DNA of 64,000 bases from Octopus vulgaris (Eukaryota). Both the position numbers and the translations under genes were made by a program. The stretch covers positions 56,978,001 through 57,042,000 of the forward strand of contig OX597818.1 in NCBI GenBank assembly GCA_951406725.2, in the 5' to 3' direction. The notes under the pieces are model-generated. The model ran no database searches and was not told the DNA's origin. It saw only the letters and a program-made list of their open reading frames with translations. Positions within the stretch are counted from its first letter, which is position 1. Every line of letters starts with the position of its first letter. Shown in pieces: positions 49,357-63,811 of the stretch.

Positions 49357-50943
49357 GTATGCATTTATATATATACCACACTCTTACCCGCGCGTAGAGC
49401 GGGTCAGCTTCAGCTAGTATATATATATGTAGGTAATGAATGTATGTATGTAATGTGAATATATGTGTGTATGTATATGTATGCATACTCTTTTACTCTC
49501 TTTACTTATTTCAGTCATTTGACTGTGGCCATGCTGGAGCACCGCCTTTAGTCGAGCAAATCGACCCCAGGACTTATTCTTTGTAAGCCTAGTATTTATT
49601 CTATCGGTCTCTTTTGCCGAACTGCTAAGTTACGGGGATGTAAACACACCAGCATCAGTTGTCAAGCGATGTTGGGGGGACAAACACACACACACACACA
49701 TATACATATATACGACCGGCTGTATTTTCAGTTTCCGTCTACCAAATCCACTCACAAGGCTTTGGTCAGCCTGAGGTTATAGTAGAAGACACTTGCCCAA
49801 GGTGCCATGCAGTGGGACTGAACCCAGAACCATGTGGTTGGTAAGCAAGCTACTTACCACACAGCCACTTCTATACCTATGTGTACGTATATATGTATGT
49901 GTATGTATGTATGTGTATTTATGTAACATGTACATATATATATGTATATGTTTGTGTATGTATGTGTACATATATATGCATTTGTATGTATATATGTATC
50001 TATGAATGTATGTAATGTATGTATGCATGTAATATGTACATATATGTATCTATGTATGTATGTATGTAACATGTGATGCATATATGTATGTGTGAATTTA
50101 AACCAATTAACATAAGAAGTATCCATGTAAACATGTGGACACACATCCACAACTGTATATGCACGGACACAAATACCCACATGTACAAACAGGTGTGAAA
50201 ATTCCTCAACCTCCACTCTTGGACACAGGAAATTCAATGCAAAGGAACAATTTGTAGCCGAAAGATCTAATGACATTGATTCTTGGAATGAGTGGAAAAT
50301 ATTGAAAATGGTAAAATTTTTAAATTTTGAATTATTTCTCTCAAATTAGATTTTACACAAGAAAACAGCTTAAAACGATACTAAAGAGAAAAAGAAAAAA
50401 AACCCAAAAGAAACAAAGTGTTAATGGTGTTTTTTTTTAAATCTTTTTCTTGTTTTAGTCATTAGACTGTGACCATGCTGGGGCACCGCGTTGATGAGTT
50501 TTAGCCAAATAGTTCTAATCAAGTGCTTTTCTTTTCTTAAGCCTGGTACTTATTCTATCAGTCCCTTTTGCTGGACTGCTAGGTTATGGAGATGTAAACA
50601 AACCAATACTGGTTGTCAAGCAGTGAGTGTTGAACAAACATATACACACACACATGCATACATACAGACACATATGTATATATGCACACACACACACACA
50701 AATGAATACATGTGTATATACACACACACATGCATGCACACACACATGAACATATGCATATTGTAGGCATGGGAGTGGCTGTGTGGTAAGTAAATTGCTT
50801 ATCAACCACATGGTTCCGGGTTCAGTCCCACTGCGTGGCACCTTGGGCAACTGTCTTCTACTATAGCCTCGGTCCGACCAAAGCCTTCTGAGTGGATTTG
50901 GTAGACAGAAACTGAAAGAAGCTCGTCGTATATATGTATATGT

Positions 50944-50979
<36 letters not shown>

Positions 50980-51665
50980 ATGTGTGTGTATGTATATATA
51001 TATATATATGTGTGTGTGTATATATATGTGTGTGTGTGTATTTTGTGTGTCTGTGTTTGTTCCCTCAACATCGCTTGACAACTGATGTGGGTGTGTTTAC
51101 GTCACCGTAACTTAGCAGTTCGGCAAAAGACCCTGATAGAATAAGTACTATGCTTACAAAGAGTATGTCCTGGGGTCGATTTGCTTGACTAAAGGTGGTG
51201 CTCCAGCATGGCCACAGTCAAATGACTCAAACAAGTAAAAGAGTATATGCACACACACACCCACGAACACATGCATATACGCACACTCACATGACCTAGT
51301 GGTTAGAGCAGCGGACTCGTGGTCGAGGGATCACGGGTTCGAATCTCAGACCGGGCGATGTGTGTGTTTATGAGCGAAAACACTTAAGCCCCACGCGGTT
51401 CCAGCAGAAGGTAATGGCGAAACTTCTGCTGACTCTTTCGCCACAACTTTCTCTCACTCTTTCCTCCTGCATCTTGCAGCTCACCTGTGACGGACTGGTG
51501 TCTCGTCCAGGTGGAGGACTTATACGCCAAGGAAACCGGGGGAACTGGCCCTTATGAGCCAGGCATGGCTTGAGAAGGAACAAACAACAAAATAAACACA
51601 CACACACACACACAAAAACACCTGCATATATGCACACCCACATACACCTGAACACACACATATAT

Positions 51666-51705
<40 letters not shown>

Positions 51706-52544
51706 ATTTATTCATGCATTATGTTGTAGCTTTGAAATTTCCATGATATGGTCATCTATTTTTAGATTGACAGCACCGTCCCGTTTCGTGTCCGTTGCCA
51801 GCCTCGCCTGGCCCTCGTGCCAGTGGCACATAAAAAGCACCATCCGTTCGTGGCCGTTTGCCAGCTCTGTCTGGCACCTGTGCGGGTGGCACGTAAAAAG
51901 CACCCACTACACTCACGGAGTGGTTGGCGTTAGGAAGGGCATCCAGCCGTAGAAACACTGCCAGATCTGACTGGGCCTGATGCAGCCTTCTGGCTTCACA
52001 GACCCCAGTAGAACCGTCCAACCCATGCTAGCATGGAAAGCGGATGCTAAACGATGATGATGATGATGATGATGATGATTGTAGGACAGGTGTGAGAAGC
52101 CAGATCTGGCTGGTTTCACTGTAAAACAGGTAGAATACTTCGGCCAAATTAAATACCAAAGAGTTAATCTCAAATTTAGTTGACAACAAAATACGCTCCC
52201 CCCCCCACACCACCCAGCTCTTCAACAAAATGCAAAAGTACAAAAATTCTTCAAAACTTTCGTCCTTCAACAAAGAAAAAAAATACAAGAAAAATCAACA
52301 AAACCAAAAAAAAAAAAACCCTGCCCACCACCATATAAAGTAGACTAAAAGAAAAAAATTATTTTTCCAAAATGTTGTTTGTTGTTTGAAATTCAATTAA
52401 GACTCTAATTTCCTGTATACTAAGAAAAATGTCAAAATCATTTTTTTATCTATTATATATTTTATTTCTTAATTTTGGAAATTTAATTAAATTGACAACT
52501 GTTGGTGACTATCTGTCTGTCCATTTACCTGTCTTCTTGCATTT

Positions 52545-52649
52545 GCTTTCCTTTCTTTCTTTCTTTCTTTCATTCTTTCTTTCTTTCTTTCTTTCTTTCT
52601 TTTCTTTCTTTCTTTCTTCTTTCTTTCTTTCTTTCCTTCTTTTGTCACT

Positions 52650-52697
<48 letters not shown>

Positions 52698-53020
52698 TCC
52701 TTCTTTCATTAATTCTTTCTTTCCTTCTTTATTTCTTTCGTTAACACTTTCTTTCCTTGTTTCCTTCTTTCATAAATTCTTTCTTTCTTTCCTTCTTTCC
52801 TTCATTCTTTCTTTCTTTCTTTCTTTCTTTCCTTCTTTCATTAATTCTTTCTTTCCTTCTTTCGTTAACTCTTTCTTTCTTTCTTTCTTTCCTTCTTTCC
52901 TTTCTTTCGTTCTTTCTTTCCTTCTTTCCTTCTTTCTTTCTTTCTTTCTTTCCTTCTTTTGTTACTTCTTTCTTTCCTTCTTTCTTTCTTCTTCTGTCTT
53001 TCTGTCTTTTATTCTTTCTT
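52545..53020. repeat. (CTTT)n-based polypyrimidine tract
   Basis: Directly visible. Confidence 0.9.
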
Positions 53021-53869
53021 ATTCATCATCACCATTATCTTAATGTCCCCTTCTTTCCATGCTTGCCTCGCTCAGATGGAATTTTTCTTCAGGCATATTT
53101 TCTTCAGCTGGATGCCTTACCTGTCACCAATCCTCACCTGCTTCCAAACATGGCAATATTTCCCTCTGCCCAGACAGGATTTCCATGGAAGACTGGACAC
53201 AAATAGCATCACTTGTATGATGAGGATGCTTGTTTATAATAATCACGGATGTCTAGGCAGGATACATCCATACATACATACACACATCCATACATACATG
53301 CACACATCCATACATACATACACATATTCTCTCTCTCTCAGTATGTATATATATATATATATAATACAAATAAGAAAATGGAGAAACACATTAGTTGGTT
53401 TATCAGCTTTAGGACATTAGAATGTTGACTTATTTAATTAACAAAACTACAACCATAATAACATACATATATATACAGTATAAAATTCAATACATTTAAG
53501 ATAAGAATACAAATATTTATCAAAAAAAACATTAATATAAATTATTAGAATCATTAAAATTCCTTACAGCTGTTTCAGCCTATGGAAAAAGTAATTTTCT
53601 GTGTCTATACTTGTCAATTGTATTGAGGTTGTAGGCAGTTAATATATATATAGGGAGAATTCACAAAAAAACAAAAGACGAAGACAAGTGGTGTAGAAAA
53701 CAAACATATGTATTAGTATAACACTCGGGAATTGAAAAAGTCTTTAATGTTTCGAGCCTACGCTCTTCCACAGAAAGGAACACAGAAAGAAACAAGGGGA
53801 GAAAATAATGAATGTGTAGTGGCTAGCAGTCTATCATGGTGAATGGTATATATATATATATATATATAT

Positions 53870-54760
53870 ATATGACCAAGTCAGTAGTGGGGTGGATGCT
53901 CTGAGAGCATAGCTGTTAGCATAAAAATAAGCTGGGCAAAGTTCAGAGAGCTCCTACCTCTACTTGTAACAAAGGGCCTCTTGCTCAGAGTGAAAAGTAG
54001 ACTGCATGATGTCTGTGGGCAAACAGCCATGCTACAGGGCTGTGAAACATGGGCTGTGACTGCTGAGGACATGCATAGGCTTGAAAGAAATTAAGCTAGC
54101 ATGCTCCGCTGAATGTGTAATGCCAGTGTGCATACATGACAGTGTAAGCGCCCTGAGAGAAAAGTTGGACATAAGAAGCATCGGATATGGTGTGCAAGAG
54201 AGATGACTGCTTGTATGGTCATGTGATGCATATGGATGAGGACAGATGTGTGAAGAAGTGTCACAACCTAACAGTGGAGGGAACCTGTGGAAAAGGTAGA
54301 ACCAGGAAGAAATGGGGTGAGGTGGTGAGGCATGATGTTCGAATGTTGGGCCTCTCAGAGGTAATGACAAGCGGCTGAGACCTTTGGAGATATGCTGTGC
54401 TTGAGAAGACCTGGCAAGCCAAGTGAGATCGTAGTCATGGTTTAGGCCAGTGTAACCAGTCCATTTAAGAGTACCCTTCCATCGTTGGGCAATATGCTGT
54501 GCTTGAGAAGACCTTTTGAGTAAAGTGAAATCATTGTTGTGGTCATTGCCAGTACTGCCTGACTGACCCCCATACCAGTGCCACGTAAAAAACACCATTC
54601 AAACATGGTTGATATCAGTGCCACCTAACTGGCTTCTATGCCAGTGGCATGTAAAAATCACCCACTACACTCTTGGAGTGGTTGGAGGAAGGGCATTCAG
54701 CTGTAGAGACCTTGTCAGATTAGACTGAAGCCTGGTGCAGGCTTCTGGCTTGCCAGATAT
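53870..54760 (+). mobile_element. RTE-clade LINE fragment with stops and frameshifts
   Basis: SWAKFRELLPLL...VKSRLHDVCGQTAMLQGCETWAV...LYGHVMHMDEDRCVKK...GRTRKKW, followed by the same 3' UTR family. Confidence 0.8.
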
Positions 54761-55304
54761 GAGTGTGTGTGTCTACATATGTGTATTTGTATACTGAATG
54801 TCTACCAATGAGAAGCCCAATACAGTGTGAAATCATGTGATCTAGCAGTCCTGGTGTCTGTAGCAGACTAGTTTTGTCTATCGGTGACATAATTACAAGT
54901 ATTTTTATGCCCCATGAGTCCATATGAGCTGTTCACTCTGGGTAAGTAACACAGTAATCAATGTTGTAACAAAACAGCCACCTTAAGTTGGCCATAAAGA
55001 TTGTCTTTAATGGTAAATACTACTTCTGTCACTGTTAATTATATATATAGGTATGTATGTATGTATGTATGTATGTATGTATGTATGTATGTATCTTTTA
55101 TCTTTTATTTGTTTGAGCCATTTGACTGCAGCCATGCTGGAGCACCACCTTTAGTCAAGCAAATCAACCCCAGGACTTATTCTCTGTAAGCCTAGTACTT
55201 ATTCTATCGGTCTCTCTTGCCAAACTGCTAAGTTACAGGGACGTAAATACACCAGCATTGGTTGTCAAGCAATGTTGGTGGGACAAACACAGACACACAA
55301 ACAT

Positions 55305-55339
<35 letters not shown>

Positions 55340-56669
55340 ACCCGTGCTAGCATGGAAAATGGGCGTTAAACGATGATGATGATGATATATACAATGGGCC
55401 TCTTTCAGTTTCTGTCTACCAAATCCACTCACAGGGCTTTGGTCGGCCTGAGTCTATAGTACAAGACACATGCCCAAGGTACCATGCAGTGGGACTGAAC
55501 CAGGAAGCATGTGGTTGGTAAGCAAGCTACTTACCACACAGCCACTCCTACATGTATATAATCACCATCATCATCATCATTTTACGTCCGCTTTCCATGC
55601 TTGCATGGTTTGGATGGTTTGACTCAGGACTAGTGAGCCAGAGGCTGCACCAGGCTCAATCTGATCTGGCAAAGTTTCTACAGCTGGATGCCCTTCCTAA
55701 TGCCCTATGTATATATTTCAAATTTACAGAAAGCAAAAGATGAAGACAGATGGAGGAAGAACAAGCAGGTGTATCAGTTTGATGTTCAGGAAGAATGAAA
55801 ATGCCTTTGATGTTTTGAGCGTATGCTCTTTCACGGAAAGAATTGAGAGAAAAAAAAAAAACAGAAAATGGAGAGAAAATAAAAAAAAAGCAGATAGGGT
55901 ACTAGGATACAGTTTATATCATTTGTTCCCTGCATACATTTCTCCATTGTGTTTATTTGCATCCTCTACAGTAGAGTTGATGTTCCAAATGTAATTATAT
56001 GCTGAGCCATAACATTTCATCAGGGGAACACTTTATTGTGTTATGTTTACACAAATCAATTACTTTTTCCTGCATTTGCTCTGCATATCATAACCAGTAA
56101 TAATACTAAGTAAAGTAATAACCATACCGTTTGACTGGAAGTAGATTGGATGAGAATAAATAACTTAGTGCTCTAAACTCACCAGTAGCAATTGGACATC
56201 ACAAAAACAATATATAATATACTTATGAAGCAATTGTAATGACGAAAGAAGAAATAGGAGGCTATTTTTATTGACTAAAACAGGATTTCATGATGACCAT
56301 TGTACATCTTCAGTGTGTGTGTGTTTTCATGATTTTATAATTGAAAATACATAATCATCAGCATCATCATCGTTTAACATCCTCTTTCCATGCTGGCATG
56401 GGTTGGAGGGATTGAATGAGAACAGGCTCCAATCCGATCTGGCAAGGTTTCTTTCTCCAGCTGGATGCCCTTCATAACACTAACCCCTCTGAGAGTGTAG
56501 TGGGTGCTTTTTGAATGCTACCGGCTCGAGAACCTGTCATGCAGCACTGGCATTGACCACAGAGGAATGGTGCTTTTTATGTACCACTGACACAGGTGCC
56601 AGCCAGGCGACACTGGCATCAGTCACGCTTGAACTGTGCATGTTACATTCCACTGGCATGGGTGCCAGT

Positions 56670-56772
56670 CAGGCCTGCATTTTCATAGAAAATACACAGG
56701 CCTGTATTTTCACAAGAAATACACAGGCCTATATTTTTAGGGAAAATACACAGGCCTGTATTTTTATAGAAT
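56670..56772. repeat. ~27-bp minisatellite, about 4 units (caggcctgtattttyanagaaaataca)
   Basis: Directly visible. Units contain a palindromic caggcctg and tgtatttt/aaaataca self-complementarity. Confidence 0.75.
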
Positions 56773-59239
56773 CTCTGCTAAATGAAAAACAAAAACCAGC
56801 ATCACCATCTTATTTTTCACACATCCCACCTTGCCTATTGTTTCTCCCATTTAAACATTCGTACTAAAAAGTTAAATTTGAACTCTTAACCCCTAACCCC
56901 ACTTTCCAGTCTTTCCTGGTTATCGAATCATTTCTCTTAGTCTAGGAAGCCATAATAAAGGGGCTACTACAAGAATTTGTTAACCACCTCTCATCTTCCA
57001 ATTCATTAATATAATAGACATGCAAAGGAAAAGAACAACAAAACCAGTCAGATACAAACTCACATCTTTTATCTGTTATTAGACTGCGGCCATGATGGAG
57101 CAGCATCTTGAAAAATTTTTAGTTGAATGAATTGACATCAGTACTCGATCTTTTATTTAAAGCTTGATACTTATTCTATCAGTCGCTTTTGCTGAACTGC
57201 TAAGTTATGGGGATGTAAACAAACCAACACTGGTTGTTAAGCGACGGAGGAAGACAAACACAGACATAGACACACACACATATACACATACACATATACA
57301 CATACACACACATATGCAACAGGCTTCTTTCAGTTTCCACCTATCAAATCCACTCATAAGGTTTTGTTCGGTCCAAAGCTATAGCAGAAGAGACTTGCCC
57401 AATGTACCATGCAATAGGACTGAACCCAGAACCTTGTGACTGGGAAGCAAACTTCTACACCACACACCCACGACTGTACCTCTTTGTATTTTTGTTGCAG
57501 TTGAAGTTTAAAACTTTAACATTTTTTAAAACGAAAATTAATTTCCAATCAAATCTGTAAAATAAAAAATTCAAATTGCAAAACAGAATTTTAAGATGGC
57601 ACTAGCCATTATCTAGCCAAAATATTCTATTTGTTCCCAACCAGCCAGATGTGGCCTCTCACACCTACCCTACAATGTCATTCGAAAAACAAACAATCGC
57701 ATCATACAAATTTCCAGTCTTGAAATTAGTGCATGTTTAATTCAAAACAATATGGATAAATAAGCTAAAGGGTTAAAGAAGACACCCCTATGCGATTGTT
57801 ACACTGTCATCAATGAAGGGGACACAGTTCCTTACCCTGACCCCCCATTTGTACACATACACAAAAACCTTCTGGAAATGGAGTCAGAGATGTCAAAATA
57901 TTTCTGGTAATCATCATCATCATCGTTTAACATCCGCTTTCCATGCTAGCATGGGTTGGATGGTTCAACTGGGGTCTGGGAAGCCAGAAGGCTGCACCAG
58001 GCCCAGTCTGATCTGGCAATGTTTCTACGGCTGGATGCCCTTCCTAACGCCAACCACTCCGTGAGTGTAGTGGGAGCTTTATGTGTGCCACCGACACAGG
58101 TGCCAGACGAGGCTGGTGAACGGCCACGATCGGATGGTGCTTTTTACGTGCCACGTTCTTCAATAAATCTAAGAGCTTGTACAGATTTAGGTCCAAATAA
58201 CTGCAAAAAATATATAAATAAATAAATCAGTACAGTTCTATAAATCAGGTTTTACAGAATTACTTCATTTTTGAAGTGTTCAGAAATTCAAGAATTCGGT
58301 GGGTGTCTACAATTGTAAAAAAATCCCAAATAACAAATAAACCATTCAACATATTTTAGCATAGAAAAAAATGAGCCAGTGCCACCTCACTGGCTCCCAT
58401 GCCGGTGGCACATAAAAAGCACCATTTGAGTGTGAATTTATGGAATGAAGTTCCATAAATCCTATCAATTTTGTTAAAAATGGAGGAGGCAAGTTGTTTA
58501 AATTTACAAGAAGTTTAATTAGTTTTTTTGCACCTGTATGAGTATATTTGTACAGTTTCTTTATATACTCTTTTTACTCTTTTACTTGTTTCAGTCATTT
58601 GACTGCGGCCATGCTAGAGCACCGCCTTTGATCGAGCAACTCAACCCCAGGACTTATTCTTTTGTAAGCCCAATACTTATTCTATCGGTCTCTTTTGCCG
58701 AACCGCTAAGTGACAGGGACGTAAACACACCAGCATCGGTTGTCAAGCAATGCTAGGGGGACAAACACAGACACACACACAAACACACACACACGCATAT
58801 ATATATATATACATATATACGACGGGCTTCTTTCAGTTTCCTTCTACCAAATCCACTCACAAGGCTTTGGTCGGCCCGAGGCTATAGTGGAAGACACTTG
58901 CCCAAGGTGCCATGCAGTGGGACTGAACCTGGAACCATGTGGTTGGTAAACAAGCTACTTACCACACAGCCACTCCTGCGCCTTAATCGTATATCTACAA
59001 GAATTCCTGTATCTCCTGCGTAAATATGCCTCTACACACGTATGACTGAACATACACACACTCTTCTCCTTATCAGATTATATTTCTTCTATATTGTGTG
59101 TAAATTTTTGTACACATATGTGTACCCTTCTACTTGTATATTTTCTTATGTTTATACTGTGACAGAACCCCTACAACCCGAATACCATTGTGACCATACT
59201 ACCATTCAGTATCCTTCTCACATAATTCGAAGCTGGATT

Positions 59240-59629
59240 GGATGGAAGCACTCCGTCGGTTACGACGATGAGGGTTCCGGTTGATCCGAATCAACGGAAC
59301 AGCCTGCTCGTGAAATTAACGTGTAAGTGGCTGAGCACTCCACAGACATGTGCACCCTTAACGTAGTTCTCGGGGATATTCAGCGTGACACAGAGAGTGA
59401 CAAGGCCGGCCCTTTGAAATACAGGTACAACAGAAACAGGAAGTAAGAGTGAGAGAAAGTTGTGGCGAAAGAGTCCAGCAGGGATCACCACCATGCCCTG
59501 CCGGAGCCTCGTGGAGCTTTTAGGTGTTTTCGCTCAATAAACACTCACAACGCCCGGTCTGGGGATCAAAACCGCGATCCTATGACCGCGAGTCCGCTGC
59601 CCTAACCACTGGGCCATTGAGCCTCCACG
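59240..59629 (-). mobile_element. tRNA-SINE family D with a 12-bp TSD
   Basis: Head gtggaggc(t/g)caatggcccagtggttagggcagcggactc. TSD cgaagctggatt at 59228-59239 and 59630-59641. Related heads at 10411-10680(-), 21655-21965(-), 31328-31635(+) and 51290-51590(+). Confidence 0.8.
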
Positions 59630-61391
59630 CGAAGCTGGATTATTACCTCTGAAATAACCTTTTTATATTTACTAAAACACACCTGTATAACCAACACATC
59701 CCTATCCAAATTTTATTTTTTTACTCTTACCTTTCTCCACTCATTTATCTCCCCTACATTTATTTTGGTCTACTTTTTCAAATTCACTTTAATTGTAATA
59801 TTAGTGACTGCTTTTCTGTTTTTACTTATTTTTTCTACTTTATCGTTAATACATGTTTCCTAATATGATTTTTTTATGCAAACACGCCTCCTTTATATTC
59901 CTCATCTTCTATCTTTAACTCATTATCATTCCTCTATTTCTTCTGCCATTTGTTTACGTTAACCATCTTGTATTAGATTTCGTTTTTGGATTTGGTTTGC
60001 AAGATTCTTTATGTGAGTTCGTGTGTTGAAGCATATATCCTGTTGTGTCTGGGGAGAGTCAAGGCTATTGAAAAGGTTGCAAGACGCAAAGAAAATTTTA
60101 GGAAAATCATCATCATCGTTTAGTGTCCGCAGGAGTGGCTGTGTGGTAAGTAGCTTGCGAACCAACCACATGGTTCCGAGTTCATTCCCATTGCATGACA
60201 CCTTGAGTAAGTGTCTTCTACTATAGCCTTGGGCCGACCAAAGCCTTGTGAGTGGATTTGGTAGACGGAAACTGAAAGAAGTCCATTGTATATATGTATA
60301 TATATGTATGTGTGTGTATATGTTTTTGTGTCTGTGTTTGTCCACCCCCAACATCTCTTGACAACCGATGGTAGTATGTTTACTCCCCGTAACTTAACGG
60401 TTCGGCAAAAGAGACCGATAGAATAAGTACTAGGCTTACAAAGAATAAGTCCTGGGGTTGATTTGCTCGACTAAAGTCAGTGCTCCAGCATGGTTGCAGT
60501 CAGATGACTGAAACAAGTAAAAGAGTAAAAGAGTAGATACCCCCTCAGACACACACACACACACATACACACATGTTTATTATACCAAAGATGACAGTCT
60601 ACTTGAGGATTCAATGAGGCCTGGGCTCTTTATGGTCGTACAATAGAAAAAAACTGTCTACAGTTTATATAAGAGAGTATTGTGTTGTATTTTGGGTGAT
60701 GGGCATCTTTGGAAACTAATTTTAAAATGCAGGAATTTTAATGTCAAATTAGTGTATTGTTGTATGTAAATATGAATGGTTTGCGACAATCCTAAATTCT
60801 CTTCATGTTTGCAATTGATACATTTGATTGGAAATATTTGATCGAGGTTAAATCATTTGGGATTATCTTTGTACTTGTTTGAAGAACAGATCTTAATTGA
60901 TATCATTTGAAAGATATTGGAATTTTGGGGGATGGGTAAATAGTTTAGTTCAAAGATAAAACTTCTAGAAAACTAAGTTTAGTTGCTGTGATTTGGCCAA
61001 ATATTTTTATTTATGGAAATGCATCCAGACAGAGAGAGAGAGAGAGAGAGAGGAAATGAAGATATTTATCCATTGCCAGATCAGATTGGAGCCTGGTGCA
61101 GCCTTCTGGCTTGCCAGCTCTCAGTCTAACTGTCCAACCCATGCTGGCATGGAAAGCAGACGTTAAACGGTGTTGACATTGCTGCTGCTGATGATATATA
61201 TATTCTTTTTCTTTTACTTGTTTCAGTCATTTGACTGCGGCCATGCTGGAGCACTGCCTTTAGTCGAGCAAATCGACCCAGGGACTTATTCTTTGTAAGC
61301 CTAGTACTTATTCTATCGGTCTCTTTTGCCGAACCGCTAAGTGACGGGGACATAAACACACCAGCATTGGTTGTCAGGGGGACAAACACAG

Positions 61392-61436
<45 letters not shown>

Positions 61437-62048
61437 TACGACGGGCTTCTTTCAGTTTCCATCTACCGAATCCACTAACAAGGCTTTGGTCGGCCTGAGG
61501 CTTATAGTAGAAGACATTTGCCCAAGATGCCACGCAGTGGGACTGAACCCAAGAACCATGTGGTTGGTAAACAAGCTACTTACCACACAGCCACTATATA
61601 TGTATGTATGTATGTATATATAATATATATATATATATATACATATGAGAGGGATATAATACAATTTTACCGTACCTTCAGTTTTTTTATATGCTAGACC
61701 ACTCATGTGAAATTGATGTTAATTAAATTAATATCAAATTTCTCACCCTCATTTTAAATTTAAATTTATATATATATATATATATATAATACAAAATAAG
61801 AAAATGGGGAAACACCTCTTAATCAATGATCAACTACCAGATAATACCCAATCACATAATTTATTAATATTATTTTGTATTATTAATTTGTGGTAAATCA
61901 TTTTACCTTTGCCCACCTAATACAGTAAATGAATTAATTGTATCGCAATTCTTAACATTTATGCATTACTTTGTTGGGTACTTCACTAGCAGTATATTGG
62001 ATATATGTTATCCCATGGAGGGTTGCACTTACAACCTCTATCTCAATT

Positions 62049-62083
<35 letters not shown>

Positions 62084-62141
62084 CAGAATGAGATAACAAA
62101 GCGAAGGCTGTGAGGAGATTTCAGGACATTTATAATGAAAT

Positions 62142-62191
62142 AGTCTTACAGCTGTTTCTGGGATATTATGGATATCCCTTCATCAGAGTTT
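62142..62191 (-). ncRNA. Minimal hammerhead-like motif in a (TA)n-adjacent repeat
   Basis: Minus strand reads CU-CUGAUGA-A-GGGAUAU-ccaua-AUAUCCC-A-GAAA-CAGCU-GUA|AG, with palindromic ACAGCUGU. Stem I is only 2 bp. Confidence 0.5.
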
Positions 62192-63152
62192 GTCTGAGAA
62201 AATATTTGAGTTTGAATTATAATGGAAAAGGAGGAGGTAGGGAATATAGAGGGAAATAAGAGAATGAAAGTAGAAATAATATATATAAAGATATTGTTGT
62301 TACAGTTCCATTCTTCGAGGAAAATGGAGTGTAGAAGTGGTAAAAATGTTTCCTGTACAGGGTATGTAAGTTCCAATAGTAGGTCATGTTTAGTCATTTC
62401 AAAGTATGGAGCTGTGGAATCGGTGTTGCTTGTTCAAAAGTGTTTTGTGGTGTCAATGAAAATTTGAGACTATATTGGCAGAAGCGTTGCACACCGGGCG
62501 GAATGCATAGCCGTATTTTGTCTGCTGCTACGTTCTGAGTTCAAATTCTGCTGAGGTCGACTTTGCCTTTCATCCTTTCAGGGTCGGTAAATTAAGTACC
62601 AGTTACGCACTGGGGTCGATGTAAATGGCCAATCATTAAATTATGTTTTCTTGAATAAATTTCAAAAGTAATAAATTAAAAAAAATATTATTGGATCATC
62701 TTTGTTTACCAAAATTTTTGTTTGCAATTCTTCTTACCAATTTTTTGAGATTTCTTTTACTTTTTTTTCTAATTTCCAGACACCAAGATGGTTGTACTTG
62801 CTATATAATGAAGATTAATAAAGGGCAAATAAGGTAACATCAAAATGTAAGTTGGCATGAAATTTGTAACACCCTAGTAAGAATGAAGGAATCCTACAAC
62901 AAAAGAATTCTCTAGAAAACAGGATTTACCAAATTGTATCATATTGATGTTCACTCCAATACATACATACATACATAAACATACACACACACACACACAT
63001 ACACACACATATTTATATATACACATATATATGTATGTACGCATGTATATATATATGTATGCATAAATATATACATATATGCACATACATATCTATTCAG
63101 TGTTGACTGTTGGGAGAAAAAAGTACTCCATACAATAGTAGTGGTTATCATC

Positions 63153-63306
63153 TTTATTTTGGTCGAGTTATTTTCTTGCTAGTCCGAGTTTTACCTGTGG
63201 GTACATAAGATCTTAAAGGCAAGTGATGACATGGTGTAACTTGCCTGAAGACTCTGTGCACTGACAGCAAAACACAACAGCAAGAGACTGACTCGGCCAA
63301 AATAAA
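63153..63306. mobile_element. Small MITE-like element
   Basis: Imperfect ~28-bp terminal inverted repeats (tttattttggtcgagttattttcttgct and agcaagagactgactcggccaaaataaa) and an internal aggcaagt/acttgcct stem. Confidence 0.5.
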
Positions 63307-63528
63307 TTATTTATGTATATAATAATAGTTTAAAAGAGCTTTACATGACTTAAAGTTTTGTGGGCATGTAGGATACGTCTGATCATCTGATGAGTGTTAT
63401 GATCCTAATGTGTACATGAAACTTTAAATTATGTGGAAGCGAGTCAAACTGTCAAACTGTTATGTAAATGCATGTCACTCTAACCAAATGGGTTGATTGC
63501 TACTTTTTTCCTTTGTTCAATGACTTGT

Positions 63529-63603
<75 letters not shown>

Positions 63604-63774
63604 CACATATATGTGTATGTATATATGTGTGTATATGTTTGTGTATATATATATACATATACATATATATGTGTGTGCATATACATGAACATATATGCAT
63701 ATATATGAATATGAATATATATATATACATATGTAAATATGTATATATTTATATTTACATGTACATATATATAC

Positions 63775-63811
<37 letters not shown>

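Larger units (their letters stand above)
47833..49417 (+). mobile_element. Helitron deletion derivative with intact termini
   Basis: 5' A|TCTCTATATATAAAA, 3' hairpin ACCCGC-N7-GCGGGT (49386-49404) 9 nt before CTAG|T, and an internal RepHel fragment. Confidence 0.85.

Noticed and set aside
50191-50310. Short open segment between AG and GT that could be an exon
   Set aside because: It has no polypyrimidine tract, a weak donor, no recognisable protein similarity and no partner exons.
52429-53420. Phe/Leu/Ser-rich 'membrane protein' ORFs
   Set aside because: They are translations of a (CTTT)n tract.
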